Assembly: GCA_965219995.1 (NCBI GenBank)
Contig: CBDCOX010000002.1
Coordinates: forward strand, 3,104,001-3,168,000
Reading direction: 5' to 3'
DNA: 64,000 nucleotides
Origin: Candidatus Latescibacterota bacterium
GTDB taxonomy: Bacteria > Latescibacterota > UBA2968 > GCA-2709665
Within the stretch, counting starts at the first letter, position 1. The number at the start of each line of letters is the position of its first letter. The notes under the pieces were generated by a model. The model did no database searches. It had not been told where the DNA came from and was given only the letters and a program-made list of their open reading frames with translations. Below, one piece after another: positions 50,401 through 61,402 of the stretch. Made by a program: the position numbers and the translations under genes.

Positions 50401-51174
50401 AGGGACCGACCCGGCGGCGAGGCCGAGGCCGAAGCCGCCTGGTATCGCGTCAGGACACTGAAAAGAGAGGGTCCGGAGGAAGCATACCGGGAAGCGCTCG
50501 CGGCCTTCGTGAAGACCCGTTCAGGCAGCAGCCGCTGGTCCGCCGCGGCCCTGGAGCTGGCCGATATCCTCTACGACGGCGGGGACTTTGAACGGGCGTC
50601 CAGAGCCTACCGGAACGTGCTCGAGGCCGGCCCGTCGCCCGAAGAAACGCCGAAGGTGCTGTCCAGGCTGATGAAGGTCCACAGGCGCCTGAAGCTGCTG
50701 GATACCGCGATCGCCTACGCCAACCGGCTCGTGCAGGAATTCCCGGGGCACCCGCTCGCGTCGGACGTCCGCATCGATATTGGAACCATGCTGCACGACA
50801 ACAAGCAATACAGGCTGGCAATCGCCCGGCTGACGCCCTTGCTGAAAAACGCCGAGGGGAACGACTGGTCGACCATCCAGTATTGGCTCGCGAAGAGCCA
50901 CTTCGGACTGCGAGACTACGAAAGCGCGAAACGGGAATACCTGAAACTTCAATATCAGTTTCAGGGCGCCCCGCAGTGGGCGGCCACCGCGCACGACGGC
51001 CTCGCCAACTGCTACGAAGCCCAGGGGAACTTCCAGGAGGCGATCCGGGAGCTCGAGTCCATCCGGCGACGGGAGGGGGCCGCCAGCGACTTCGGCCTCC
51101 AGGCCGGAAAACGCATCGAAATGCTGAAGGCTCTCCTGAACAGCAGCCGGGAATCCGCGCCGCGTGGGCCGTAA
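47446..51174 (+). CDS. Exported tetratricopeptide-repeat protein (CpoB/BamD-like repeats)
   Basis: Signal peptide; many A...F..F...YP.S...A.Y.LG helical repeats. Confidence 0.85.
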   Translation: MQLSRIFAPTASRPRLLCGAIVGLCILLAWYAPVAGQAAEGESESIELAQRLFDNRDYANAAHEFRRFIASYPTSPRLPSALYQLGEALFLGEQYSDAVDAYDDFLVRYPGRLEADPALRRKAEALERLSEYARAGAAFRDAHDRFAAGKHAARNLLAAGINFHKGKDLDAAGKAFGALVANFPQSGLAAEAGYRWGLVLLDAGRQEEALGRFKTISDPGAGSKWTPDALLEIGKTALAMNDVKEAEAAFGTLRRAYPRHAAAGASYLELAAWFEGRENWPKAAEIYGLARANLPQSEGRRQAVLGLAGAWLELGRTAEALALFTEFINVYADSPYLDRAWLGLGRAHANLKQTREARNAFRRLRELFPESEAGIQAHAEMGDAWRAAGAPRRALRAYRAYADQAEAPGAVESARLRIARTYEHDLGWHDLALAVYRDLAKTAQAAVAGEAQFGIARILDRTGRTDRAIREYRAYLQKYNRRAGEAENRIRYLREFGREAPGVPPADLAALLSSFPAIADDPRARFVLGKFLHDRRHYALAAETLVKALSGEPPPPFAAEAAWLLGRSALKAARKAELEGRREQASSWREKGLAALAEVETGHPESEFADDAGLLRIETETRLPAAPDSAAQAGEVETDTASARRRLAAYGEFAKTYPGSDRLDRALLGMADAMRTLSRVEPAWIDSALTTYGDIIDAYPKRPAAERAAYGIGLCQALKKDYAAAEETLRDFLFAYPQSDLESHARYELGRILLERGFPRSAADDLAELLAGPASPELARSARNLLAESYFRAEDYRRAIEIDTELLSVGPDEPALRRLARSYEANGQAAEAIETCQTLLNAYPNAADADSFAYARARLLADLDREPEAVAAFKAFPGQYPESPLKANAGMALASLLFEAGEYRNALAAIALIPADARDAPVAASEVISLFRLKRVQDAKKAAGRFKKTYPNSREWLGRFRNEEGRYYLNAGNFKKARQIFEGVVRDRPGGEAEAEAAWYRVRTLKREGPEEAYREALAAFVKTRSGSSRWSAAALELADILYDGGDFERASRAYRNVLEAGPSPEETPKVLSRLMKVHRRLKLLDTAIAYANRLVQEFPGHPLASDVRIDIGTMLHDNKQYRLAIARLTPLLKNAEGNDWSTIQYWLAKSHFGLRDYESAKREYLKLQYQFQGAPQWAATAHDGLANCYEAQGNFQEAIRELESIRRREGAASDFGLQAGKRIEMLKALLNSSRESAPRGP

Positions 51175-51219
51175 ACCGCCGGCGCCCGAACACGAACCCG
51201 ATTCACCCGAACGACCGCG

Positions 51220-52767
<1,548 letters not shown>

Positions 52768-53463
52768 ACAAGCGGGGAGACGTTAGACGGGAGACGGGAG
52801 ATGATCACCCTTCGCCCATCGGATATCGATACGGACTGGCGATATCTACCTGCGATACCGAAGGCCCCTCCCCGCACCCCTCGCCCCCGCAAACCTCTCC
52901 CCCCGGCCCCTCAACCCCGGGGTAGACGTAAGACGTGAGACGGGAGATACCGTGAGTGCCCTATGGTTTTTCTTGATTGCTACGATAACGGTAAAATAGC
53001 AGGCACGGTTTGTGTAGAAACACTGCTGTAAATGTCTTCATCTACCGTCTACCCTCTTACGTCTCACCGGTCTTATTGCCCGCTGTGGTTTCACTTCTTG
53101 CCGGAGGCACAAGGGTAGAACCAATTGGGCAAGGATGTCTTCTACCGTCTACCCTCTCCCGTCTCCCCGAATTTACGCAGACCTCTCCCCCCGGCCCCTC
53201 AACCCCGGGGTAGACGTAAGACGTGAGACGGGAGATACCGTGAGTGCCCTATGGTTTTTCTTGATTGCTACGATAACGGTAAAATAGCAGGCACGGTTTG
53301 TGTAGAAACACTGCTGTAAATGTCTTCATCTACCGTCTACCCTCTTACGTCTCACCGGTTTTATTGCCCGCTGTGGTTTCACTTCTTGCCGGAGGCACAA
53401 AGGTAGAACCAATCGGGCAAAGATGTCATCTGCCGTCTCACGTCTACCGTCTTACCGCTTTTT
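52768..53463. repeat. Heptamer-armed repeat cluster (C plus a 288-bp tandem duplication of A+B)
   Basis: The units starting at 52894 and 53182 are identical for about 175 nt. Confidence 0.9.
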
Positions 53464-53567
53464 CGGAACCTTTGCCCGGTCTTCAGGGTCTAACACCCGT
53501 GACACGCGAATAACAGACGAACGCATCTTCGAGCCACCCAGGAGACCTGAGAAAGGGGATTTTCCCG

Positions 53568-55034
53568 ATGTCCATCCAGACCATCCGCTACCGACAGCTG
53601 ACGCTGATCCTGGGCCTGCTCTTCGCCGCCGGCGCCTTTACATCTCCCGCGCACGCGTCCGAGGACCAGGCCATCGAGCAGCTTCGGAACCTCAACGAAG
53701 CCTTTACGAGCATTGCCAGCCGGATCACGCCCACGGTGGTCACCATCAGCACACGTGAAACCGTCAGTGACGTTTGGACCCGGGGAGTACCTGAAAACTA
53801 TCGCCGATATTTCTGGATGCCGCGTCGCGAGCAGCCGCAGGAAAGGCGGGAACGACCGGGACTCGGATCCGGCATTATCATGACGGCGGACGGCTACATT
53901 CTGACCAATCATCACGTGGCCGGCAGTGCGGATGAAATCACGGTGATCCTCAATAATAACGAGGAGTTCGAAGCCCGGCTGGTGGGTACCGACTCCCTCA
54001 CGGACGTGGCCGTCATCAAGATCGATACGAAAGGCCTCCCGGCCGCTCCCGTCGGCAACTCTGACGATATCCGGATCGGCGAGTGGGTCATGGCCGTGGG
54101 CGCCCCCCTGTCCCTGCGTTCCACCGTCACCTCCGGCATCGTGAGCGCTTTGGGCCGCAATCTGGATATCATCGCCGACCGCTCGGGGTTCGCGATCGAG
54201 GATTTCATCCAGACGGACGCCGCCATCAATCCCGGGAATTCAGGTGGCGCGTTGATCAACCTCGACGGGGAAGTCATCGGCGTCAACACCGCCATCGCGT
54301 CCAGTACCGGTCAGTTCGTCGGGTACGGCTTTGCCATTCCGATCAACCTGGCCAGGAAGGTGATGGACGACATCGTCGCCCATGGCCGCGTCCGACGGGG
54401 GTTTCTGGGCATTAATCTCAAGAGCGTCGACGCCGCGCTTGCCGACGCGTTCGGCATGGACCGGCCGCGCGGCGTACTCATCGCCGACGTTTTCCCGGAC
54501 ACACCGGCCGATGCGGCGGGACTGAAAACAGAGGACATCATCCTGAGTATAGACGGCAAAGCGGTCAATCGTCCAAACCACGTTCAAAGCCTGATTGCAC
54601 GGAAACACCCCGACGATAACGTGACATTGGAAGTCAGACGCAAGAACAGGACGATCGACGTTCAGGTTAAACTGGGCGAGAAACCGTCGCAGGTCGGCGA
54701 AATCGCATCGGCCAGGCCTGCATCCGGCCAGGCCGAGCTTCATGGGCTGCGGGTGAGCGACGTCACCCAGGAGGTCGCCGAAAGGTGGGGGCTGGAAGGA
54801 GAGACCGATGGGATTCTCGTGACGGAGGTGGCTCCCCGAAGCCGGGCCGCCAGAGCCCGCTTTGAACGGGGAGACATCATCTTCAAGATCCGCCAGGGGA
54901 ATTTCGAGCGGGAGGTGCGGTCCGTCGCCGAATTCAAGACGTCCCTGGCCAAACTCGAAAAGGGCCGCAACGCCGCCTTTTACGTACGGCGGGGAACGTA
55001 CCACCTGTTCCTGACCATGAAGATACCCGAGTAG
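53568..55034 (+). CDS. Do/DegQ (HtrA) family serine protease with two PDZ domains
   Basis: GSGII..GYILTNHHV, TDVAVIKI, IQTDAAINPGNSGGAL. Confidence 0.95.
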   Translation: MSIQTIRYRQLTLILGLLFAAGAFTSPAHASEDQAIEQLRNLNEAFTSIASRITPTVVTISTRETVSDVWTRGVPENYRRYFWMPRREQPQERRERPGLGSGIIMTADGYILTNHHVAGSADEITVILNNNEEFEARLVGTDSLTDVAVIKIDTKGLPAAPVGNSDDIRIGEWVMAVGAPLSLRSTVTSGIVSALGRNLDIIADRSGFAIEDFIQTDAAINPGNSGGALINLDGEVIGVNTAIASSTGQFVGYGFAIPINLARKVMDDIVAHGRVRRGFLGINLKSVDAALADAFGMDRPRGVLIADVFPDTPADAAGLKTEDIILSIDGKAVNRPNHVQSLIARKHPDDNVTLEVRRKNRTIDVQVKLGEKPSQVGEIASARPASGQAELHGLRVSDVTQEVAERWGLEGETDGILVTEVAPRSRAARARFERGDIIFKIRQGNFEREVRSVAEFKTSLAKLEKGRNAAFYVRRGTYHLFLTMKIPE

Positions 55035-55078
55035 GCGCCCCGCCGCGGTCCATGCCGCCAGGCGATACTCGCGAACGT

Positions 55079-55114
55079 CAAGAAGCCCGGCAGGAACGCC
55101 TGCCGGGCTTCTTT
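55079..55114 (+). terminator. Intrinsic terminator
   Basis: AAGAAGCCCGGCAGG-aacg-CCTGCCGGGCTTCTTT. Confidence 0.8.
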
Positions 55115-55124
55115 GTGAGCGATC

Positions 55125-55320
55125 AGTTAAATGCGGTGAGCGGGTAGACGTGAGACGGGAGATGATGTGATCGCCCTGTGCGGGTTCAAATCTTGCCGGA
55201 GGCATTAAGCGAGAATCAATCAGGCAAAAATGTCATCTACCGTCTTCCGTCTCACGTCTTCCCGCTTTTACGCGACCTCTCCCCCCGACCCCCTCTCCCG
55301 GGGGGAGAGGGGGAGCAAGA
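55125..55320. repeat. Heptamer-armed repeat with module B plus a CCCCTCTCCC/GGGAGAGGGG hairpin
   Basis: Matches the other copies. Confidence 0.8.
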
Positions 55321-55541
55321 CCAGGCGTAAATCAGACGTTATTGATTTCATCTCGGCCCTGACTCTCCAATACCCTTGTCCAGAGAAACCAAATCGATGA
55401 CACCGCCAGACGAATAATCCAAAAACAACCCTTGTAATTAAGGGTAGAAGCAAGGTATATTATATCGTCAGAAGATCCATTGTTGCTCTGAAGACCGATC
55501 GCCAATTACGTTTCGACAACTCTCAGCGAGGGATTCCACCA

Positions 55542-56219
55542 GTGAACCACAGTGATCCCAAATACAGAACGCTGGCTACATATCAGGTGGCTGAAGCTGC
55601 GCGCTTTCTCAGGATAAATCCGGGAACGCTCAGAGTTTGGCTTAAGGCCGAACATCTGCTGAGACCGCCTGCGGCACAGCGGACTCAGCTCTCTTTCCTG
55701 AATCTTGTTGAGGCCCACGTTCTGTCAGCGCTTCGGGGTGAATTCGGCCTCTCGATGCAGCGCATTCGGATCGCTCTGGACGAATTGCGACATCAATGGC
55801 CGGAGGTTGAGTACCCGCTGGCTACCGAGGAATTCTTCACCGATGGAAAGTATCTGCTGATCGAGAAACTCGGTCAACTGTTCAACCTGAACCGGGGTAG
55901 CCAGATTGAGGTGGGTGAACTTATCGAGGCTTACTTGAATCGCGTCGACCGGGATGAAATTGGCCCTGTGCGCCTTCATCCCTTCACTGTAGACCCGCGG
56001 CTGAACCGGCAACGGGCCAACAGACGTCACGTTTTCATCAGCCCATACGTTTCGTTCGGACGCCCGTCAATCACTGGCATTGGTGTGGCCACCGAGGTAG
56101 TTTACGACAGATTCATTGGTGGAGACACCATCAGCCAAATGTGTAAGGACTATCGTCTCACACCCGTTCAGCTTGAGGAAGTCCTAAGGTATGAGTCCGC
56201 GATCAGCCGGGCCGCCTGA
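55542..56219 (+). CDS. DUF433-containing antitoxin (VapB45-like, N-terminal HTH)
   Basis: YQVAEAARFL...TLRVW, LSFLNLVEAHV, SFGRPSI.G.GV.TE, LEEVLRYE. Confidence 0.85.
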   Translation: MNHSDPKYRTLATYQVAEAARFLRINPGTLRVWLKAEHLLRPPAAQRTQLSFLNLVEAHVLSALRGEFGLSMQRIRIALDELRHQWPEVEYPLATEEFFTDGKYLLIEKLGQLFNLNRGSQIEVGELIEAYLNRVDRDEIGPVRLHPFTVDPRLNRQRANRRHVFISPYVSFGRPSITGIGVATEVVYDRFIGGDTISQMCKDYRLTPVQLEEVLRYESAISRAA

Positions 56220-56322
56220 TTCTCCTTTGCACATATTTGTTGACCGTAACCTGTCCAGCGGGATATTAATACGAGAATTGCGCGAGGCCCGGATCACGAA
56301 AGACCTGGGCCTCGAAAGTTGA
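56191..56322 (+). pseudogene. Truncated PIN-domain toxin (VapC45-like N-terminus)
   Basis: Overlapping ORF MSPRSAGPPDSPLHIFVDRNLSSGILIRELREAR... stops after 43 aa. Confidence 0.6.
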
Positions 56323-56334
56323 GGAAACGGTGTG

Positions 56335-56894
56335 ATGGTGGGGCAGACATTCCTGTCTGCCCCTTTTTTGTACTTCCGCAGGAATGCAGACTGGGACGGT
56401 CGCTTCGACCTCTCCCCCCGACCCCCCTCCTCTGGTGAGACGTAAGACGGGAGACGTGAGAGATTGTCTGCCCGGTGCGGTTACATTTTTTGCCGGAGGC
56501 ATAAAGCGAGAATCAATCGGGCATGGACGTCATCTACCGTCTACCGTCTAACTTCTCACCGGTTTTACGCAGACCTCTCCCCCCGACCCCCTCTCCTGTG
56601 AGGAGAGGGGGAGCAAAAGGCAGCTATCGGCAATAAGCTGTCAGCATGGAGCAAACGCGTACCCATTGACGTCTGCGCCGTGATGAGGCAGGACCCTTTC
56701 CTGAAGGAAAGGGGGGTCAGAGGCGGGTAGACGTTAGACGGGAGAGATTGTCCGCCGCGTCCGGTTTCACTTCTTGCCGCAGGCATAAAGGAAGAACCAA
56801 TCGGGCAAAGGTGTCCTCTACCGTCTACCGTCTTGCGTCTCACCGCTCTCAGGTTCTTCCCTCCTCCTTCTTCCCTTTCCCGTCTTCCCGCCTT
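56335..56894. repeat. Repeat cluster: GGGCAGACATTCCTGTCTGCCC hairpin, two B modules, CCCCTCTCC and CCCTTTCC hairpins
   Basis: Direct comparison with the other copies; ends on the TAA of the next gene. Confidence 0.8.
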
Positions 56895-58651
56895 TACGGG
56901 ACCTTTTTGTTGATCTTGATAACGAAGGTTTCCGGAGTCTTTGTGACGTGCACAGCCGAGAAGCGATCCGGATAGGCCTTTATGGCCGGCAAGATATGCT
57001 TCAGTTTCTCTGTGAATATCGGGACGTTTTCCACAAGGACGTAGTCGAATTTCCCAAGCGCCTTCATCGCTTCGGCCGGATCCTCGAAGCGGGGATAGCC
57101 ATCGGCTTCCCTCCGGGACCAGAACCACACCAGGCCCGGCTTCCTGGTGGCGACGCGGCTCTGCGGGGGCGTGTTGTCCCTCATCCAGACGCTGGCCTCG
57201 TGGTAGCGTTTCCAATGTGGGGTGTTATAGCCCGGCGTCATCCGCTTCTGCCTGATGATCGCGAAATTCCCGAATAATGAAGGCAGCAGAAACAGACAGG
57301 CCAGGAATACGGGAGCATACCCGCTCAGAACGGGGCGGGTAAAGACAGGCACGAACTTCCTCAGCGGCAGAAAGCGGGCGCCGCGCGCGGCCCGACCTGC
57401 CGATTCAGGGAATAAGCCGCAGATCCGTTCCGCGGCCTTGAATATATAGAGCACGATGAACGGAAGTATCGGCAGCAGGTAACGGGAAGGCGAGCCGGGC
57501 AGGGTGAAGAGGGTCGCAACGTAACCCATCACGTACCAATCGTGGACCTCCAGGCTTCGCAGAAGCGAGAGGGGCTTACTGGCGGGAAACTTTCTCCCGA
57601 ACACGAACCCGATGCCGATCAGAATGAGAAAGAGCCAACCGAGGGGACGCCACCCCGCCGTAATCGGCAGTCTGTCCAGATATTGTCTGAAAAGCAGGAG
57701 GTACTCCAGGTTCTCCAGGTATCCGCGAGGGTTTTTCGTGAAGAAATAATAGAAGAAATTATCCCAGAAGGAGCCCGCATCGCTCTCCGGGATGTAAACC
57801 CCCGCGGAAATCTGGTTGATCATCCCGAGATAGCCCTGGGAATCGGGAAAGTTCACCTTGAGGTAGAATACCCACGGCAGGACCAGGACCGAGGCGCACG
57901 CGGCAAGAAGCACCGGTTTCCTGAATTGTCCGCGCAGAACGAGATAGATCGCAGCCGCAATCACCAGGTAGATCGATGGCGACTTGACGTGGTACGCCCA
58001 CCCCGCGGCGCCGGCCGCTGCGATCAGCCACTTCCACGAGATACCCGGACGTTCGATGTATTTCAGGATCACCCAGAGGGCGAGTAACGAGAAAGCGGGA
58101 AAGGGTATGTCGGCGGTGGCAACGTTGGAGAACTCCACGGACAGCCAGAGGGAACCGGTAATCAGCGCGATCAGAAGCGCCCGGCTGTTGTCGATGAATT
58201 CCCGGACGACCAGGAACGTGCAGAGCGGAAAGAGAAACCCTGTCAGGGCGATGGTCGCCTTGAGCGAAAATACGCTGCCCGGAAACAGTAAGGCTGCCGG
58301 CATCAGCAGGGTCTTCACGCCCAGGCCGTACTGGCTGTCCACCACGCCTCTGCCCTGAACCAGGCGCATCGCGTCCCTGATATACGCGATATTGTCGCCA
58401 ATGACATGTACCCATTCGTTGCAGGTGAGAAGATACAGGCCGGTAATCGCGGCGGTACCGATCACGGCCGAGGTCGTATACCGGCGCTCCGGAATCTGCC
58501 GGAATGCCGCCAGGCCGGCGACGCAGAGAATCACCACCATACAGGCCATCGTGGGCGCCAGGGTCGCAAGGTTGAGAAGGTGCACACACTGAAAGGCCAG
58601 CAGGACAACCAGGGAATACGGGAAAACGTAGCTGAGATATCGGGCGGTCAT
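56894..58651 (-). CDS. Polytopic membrane glycosyltransferase (GT-C, ArnT/PMT-like)
   Basis: Many TM helices; GD...Y, ADIPF, RYLLPILPF; follows the GT2 gene. Confidence 0.65.
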   Translation of the reverse strand: MTARYLSYVFPYSLVVLLAFQCVHLLNLATLAPTMACMVVILCVAGLAAFRQIPERRYTTSAVIGTAAITGLYLLTCNEWVHVIGDNIAYIRDAMRLVQGRGVVDSQYGLGVKTLLMPAALLFPGSVFSLKATIALTGFLFPLCTFLVVREFIDNSRALLIALITGSLWLSVEFSNVATADIPFPAFSLLALWVILKYIERPGISWKWLIAAAGAAGWAYHVKSPSIYLVIAAAIYLVLRGQFRKPVLLAACASVLVLPWVFYLKVNFPDSQGYLGMINQISAGVYIPESDAGSFWDNFFYYFFTKNPRGYLENLEYLLLFRQYLDRLPITAGWRPLGWLFLILIGIGFVFGRKFPASKPLSLLRSLEVHDWYVMGYVATLFTLPGSPSRYLLPILPFIVLYIFKAAERICGLFPESAGRAARGARFLPLRKFVPVFTRPVLSGYAPVFLACLFLLPSLFGNFAIIRQKRMTPGYNTPHWKRYHEASVWMRDNTPPQSRVATRKPGLVWFWSRREADGYPRFEDPAEAMKALGKFDYVLVENVPIFTEKLKHILPAIKAYPDRFSAVHVTKTPETFVIKINKKVP

Positions 58652-59376
58652 ATTCTCAAAAAGCGGTACTTGAGGAGGGTTTTGACGTTGATGAAGAAGT
58701 CGGTCCAGCGCACCTTCTTGCCGGCGCTGACGTCACGTCCCCGGTAGGTGATCGGAACGTCCACGATCCGGCAACCTCTCTTCAGGAGCTTGGCCGTGAG
58801 TTCGTGTTCCAGGTCGAAACCGTCCCGCACGAGCGGAATGTCGCGCACGATATCGGTCCGGTAGAGCTTGTACCCGGTGCACAGGTCGGTGATCCGGGAG
58901 CGAAACAGGAGATTCGTAAACCACGTGAGCAGTTTGTTCGCGATAAAGTTCGGTAGCATCATGCCCTCGATCCGTCCCAGGAAACGCGAACCGAAAACCA
59001 CGGAGATCGAAGGGTCCCGCAGAAAGGGGGCGATCAGTTCTGGGTAGTCTTCAGGCGCGTATTCCAGGTCGGCGTCCTGGATGAGGGCCCAATCGCCGGT
59101 TGCGTGTTCCAGGGCTGTGCGCACGGCCGCGCCCTTTCCCCTGTTCTGCGGGTGGCGCACCACCCTGATATCGCCGTCGTCCAGGTCCCTCAGAATCGAT
59201 CCGGTCCCGTCCGTGGAGCCGTCATCCACGACGATGATTTCCTTCCGGACGCCTTCCTGCACCGCCGCGGCCCTGACGCGGTCGATCACGGCGGCAAGGG
59301 TATTCGCCTCGTTGTATACGGGAATCATGATGGACAGCAGGGTTTCCCGCGAGGACGGTTTCGAAGTTGCGCTCAC
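58648..59376 (-). CDS. Glycosyltransferase family 2 (DPM-synthase-like)
   Basis: IPVYNE, VDDGSTDGT, NRGKGAA, IQDADLEY, GSRF; GTG start overlapping the upstream stop. Confidence 0.9.
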   Translation of the reverse strand: MSATSKPSSRETLLSIMIPVYNEANTLAAVIDRVRAAAVQEGVRKEIIVVDDGSTDGTGSILRDLDDGDIRVVRHPQNRGKGAAVRTALEHATGDWALIQDADLEYAPEDYPELIAPFLRDPSISVVFGSRFLGRIEGMMLPNFIANKLLTWFTNLLFRSRITDLCTGYKLYRTDIVRDIPLVRDGFDLEHELTAKLLKRGCRIVDVPITYRGRDVSAGKKVRWTDFFINVKTLLKYRFLRI

Positions 59377-60452
59377 GCGGCACATCCGGGCGTAACCTCC
59401 GCGACCTCGAGGCCCGTGGGATCGACCGATGCGGAAAGAAGCCCCGCGGTGGGAACGGGGGCCAGGATCTCCCGCCAGGCGACCGCGAGTTCCGAGACGG
59501 CTTCGGGGTGCGGCGCCAGCGCCCAGACGCACCCGCCGTTGCCGCTGCCCGCCGTGGCGAAACCCGCCCCGACCCCGGCGCATGCGGCCTGCAGTTTTTC
59601 ACCGAGCACGGTCATCCGGGCGGGCACAATCGCGCAGCGAATCCCGGTTTCCTCGTCCATCAGCCTGCCGGCGGCCTCCCAGTCCGTCCGTTTCAAGGCG
59701 TCCGCGAATTCGGTGGCGATTTCATTGACACGGAACCACCGGTTTCGATGCCGCCCGGCCAGGAAGTCGTCCACCTGGCGGCTGTTGACGTCATTGGAGT
59801 CGTGCGGCTTGCCGATATAGGCGACCAGCAGACGTTCGCCCAGCGCGCTGTACCGGTCCCGGGCGAGAACCGCCTCCCTGCGAAACTTTCCGGCGGTATC
59901 GCCGTAGGTCCAGCGCCACGTGTTGACCCCGCCGTACGCGGCGGCGCACTGGTCCTGCAGGCCGGTATAGGAGAATCGGAGGCCGTCTTCAATATTGTAG
60001 ACGATCTCGATGATTTCCTCCGGCGACAGTCCGGGGCCTCCATCCAGCACCCTCGCGCGGGAAAGCGCTCCGGCCAGGGCGACCGAGAGCGTGCCGGACC
60101 CGCCCACGCCGCTGCGGGGCGGGCAGCCGTAGGAGATTTCGATTTCGACGCCGCCCAGCGCGAAATGAGCCGCAATCGCGAACAGAAGCCCGAAATGGCC
60201 CGTCATGTCGGGCGCATCCGCGGGAAAGGTCTCGCGATGAAATTCGTCCACAATGCGCACGTAGCCCTGCCGGTAGGCTTTGAGGCGGATGCGGGTGCGC
60301 GCGGAGATGGCGATGTTGGTGGTGGCGGGATTCAGGCTGGCGTAGGGCAGCGCGAAACACTTGAGGTCCCACGTGCCGCCAACGTCCAGGCGGCAGGGCG
60401 CCGAAGACAGGATTTCGACGGTCTGCAGGCGGGTGCTGAGGTCCCTGGTCAT
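59373..60452 (-). CDS. GHMP sugar kinase (HddA-like)
   Basis: APCRLDVGG, PPRSGVGGSG, GLQDQCAAAYGG, GSGNGG. Confidence 0.85.
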   Translation of the reverse strand: MTRDLSTRLQTVEILSSAPCRLDVGGTWDLKCFALPYASLNPATTNIAISARTRIRLKAYRQGYVRIVDEFHRETFPADAPDMTGHFGLLFAIAAHFALGGVEIEISYGCPPRSGVGGSGTLSVALAGALSRARVLDGGPGLSPEEIIEIVYNIEDGLRFSYTGLQDQCAAAYGGVNTWRWTYGDTAGKFRREAVLARDRYSALGERLLVAYIGKPHDSNDVNSRQVDDFLAGRHRNRWFRVNEIATEFADALKRTDWEAAGRLMDEETGIRCAIVPARMTVLGEKLQAACAGVGAGFATAGSGNGGCVWALAPHPEAVSELAVAWREILAPVPTAGLLSASVDPTGLEVAEVTPGCAA

Positions 60453-60475
60453 GTGCTTTCTCGAAGCGTGTGCGT

Positions 60476-61402
60476 TCACGCGCGAGGATGAAAGGAGCGG
60501 TGGACCTCTTTCAGGTATTCCCGATCGACGTGGGTGTAAATCTGCGTTGTCGATATATCCACGTGTCCCAGCATCTCCTGCACGGCGCGGAGGTCGGCGC
60601 CGCCTTCCAGAAGATGGGTCGCGAAGGAATGACGCATGGTGTGCGGGCTGACCGTCTTCCGGATGCCGGCATCCTGCACGTAGCGCCGCAAGATCTTCCA
60701 CACGCCCATGCGGGACATGGACCCGCCCCGGAAGTTCAGGAAAATCGTGTCTCCGGACGCCGGCCGGCTCAAATCGACACGCGCGCCCGTCAGATAGCGA
60801 TTGACCCACTCCACGGCTTCCGTTCCGATGGGCACGATCCGCTCCCGGCTGCCCTTGCCGATCACGCGCACCACCTCCAGGTCGAAGAGGAGGTGCGACC
60901 GCTCCAGCCCGGTCAGCTCCGACACCCGGAGACCCGCGCCGTACAGCATTTCAAGCAATGCGCGGTCGCGCAGACCCAGAGGCGTCTCCACGTCCGGCTC
61001 GATCATCAGGCGTTCCACTTCGTAGATGTTCAGGACGGCGGGCAGTTTACGGCCCAGTTTAGGCGACTTCATATGCTCGGTGGGGTCGATTTCGATGACG
61101 CCTTCGGTCTGCAGGAACCGATGAAACATCCGGACGGCCGTCAGGTTTCGCGCCACGCTGGAAGCTTCCAGGCCGAGGTCCGCCAGCAGTTGCAACAGCG
61201 CGGACACGTCCGCCTGCGACACGTCCACGGGGGTCCTTACTCCACGCGCGTCCAGCACGGCGGCGTACCGGTCCAGGTCCCGGGCATAGGCCGATACGGT
61301 ATTTTCGGCCAACCCCTGCTCCAGGTGCACGTAGTCCATGAACCCGCGCAGCGCATCGTGCCATTCCGCCGATACGCCCCGCTCGCCCGCGTCCGTATCC
61401 AT
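60476..61402 (-). CDS. xerD: Site-specific tyrosine recombinase XerD
   Basis: GLAENTVSAYARDL, RDRALLEMLYGAGLRVSEL, SPHTMRHSFATHLL.GGADLR.VQEMLGH, TTQIYTHV. Confidence 0.95.
   Translation of the reverse strand: MDTDAGERGVSAEWHDALRGFMDYVHLEQGLAENTVSAYARDLDRYAAVLDARGVRTPVDVSQADVSALLQLLADLGLEASSVARNLTAVRMFHRFLQTEGVIEIDPTEHMKSPKLGRKLPAVLNIYEVERLMIEPDVETPLGLRDRALLEMLYGAGLRVSELTGLERSHLLFDLEVVRVIGKGSRERIVPIGTEAVEWVNRYLTGARVDLSRPASGDTIFLNFRGGSMSRMGVWKILRRYVQDAGIRKTVSPHTMRHSFATHLLEGGADLRAVQEMLGHVDISTTQIYTHVDREYLKEVHRSFHPRA

Noticed and set aside
53010-53513. Small ORFs such as MCRNTAVNVFIYRLPS (also at 15401, 40664, 44765, 46942, 56748)
   Set aside because: Translations of the repeat modules; frames and starts are not consistent between copies.
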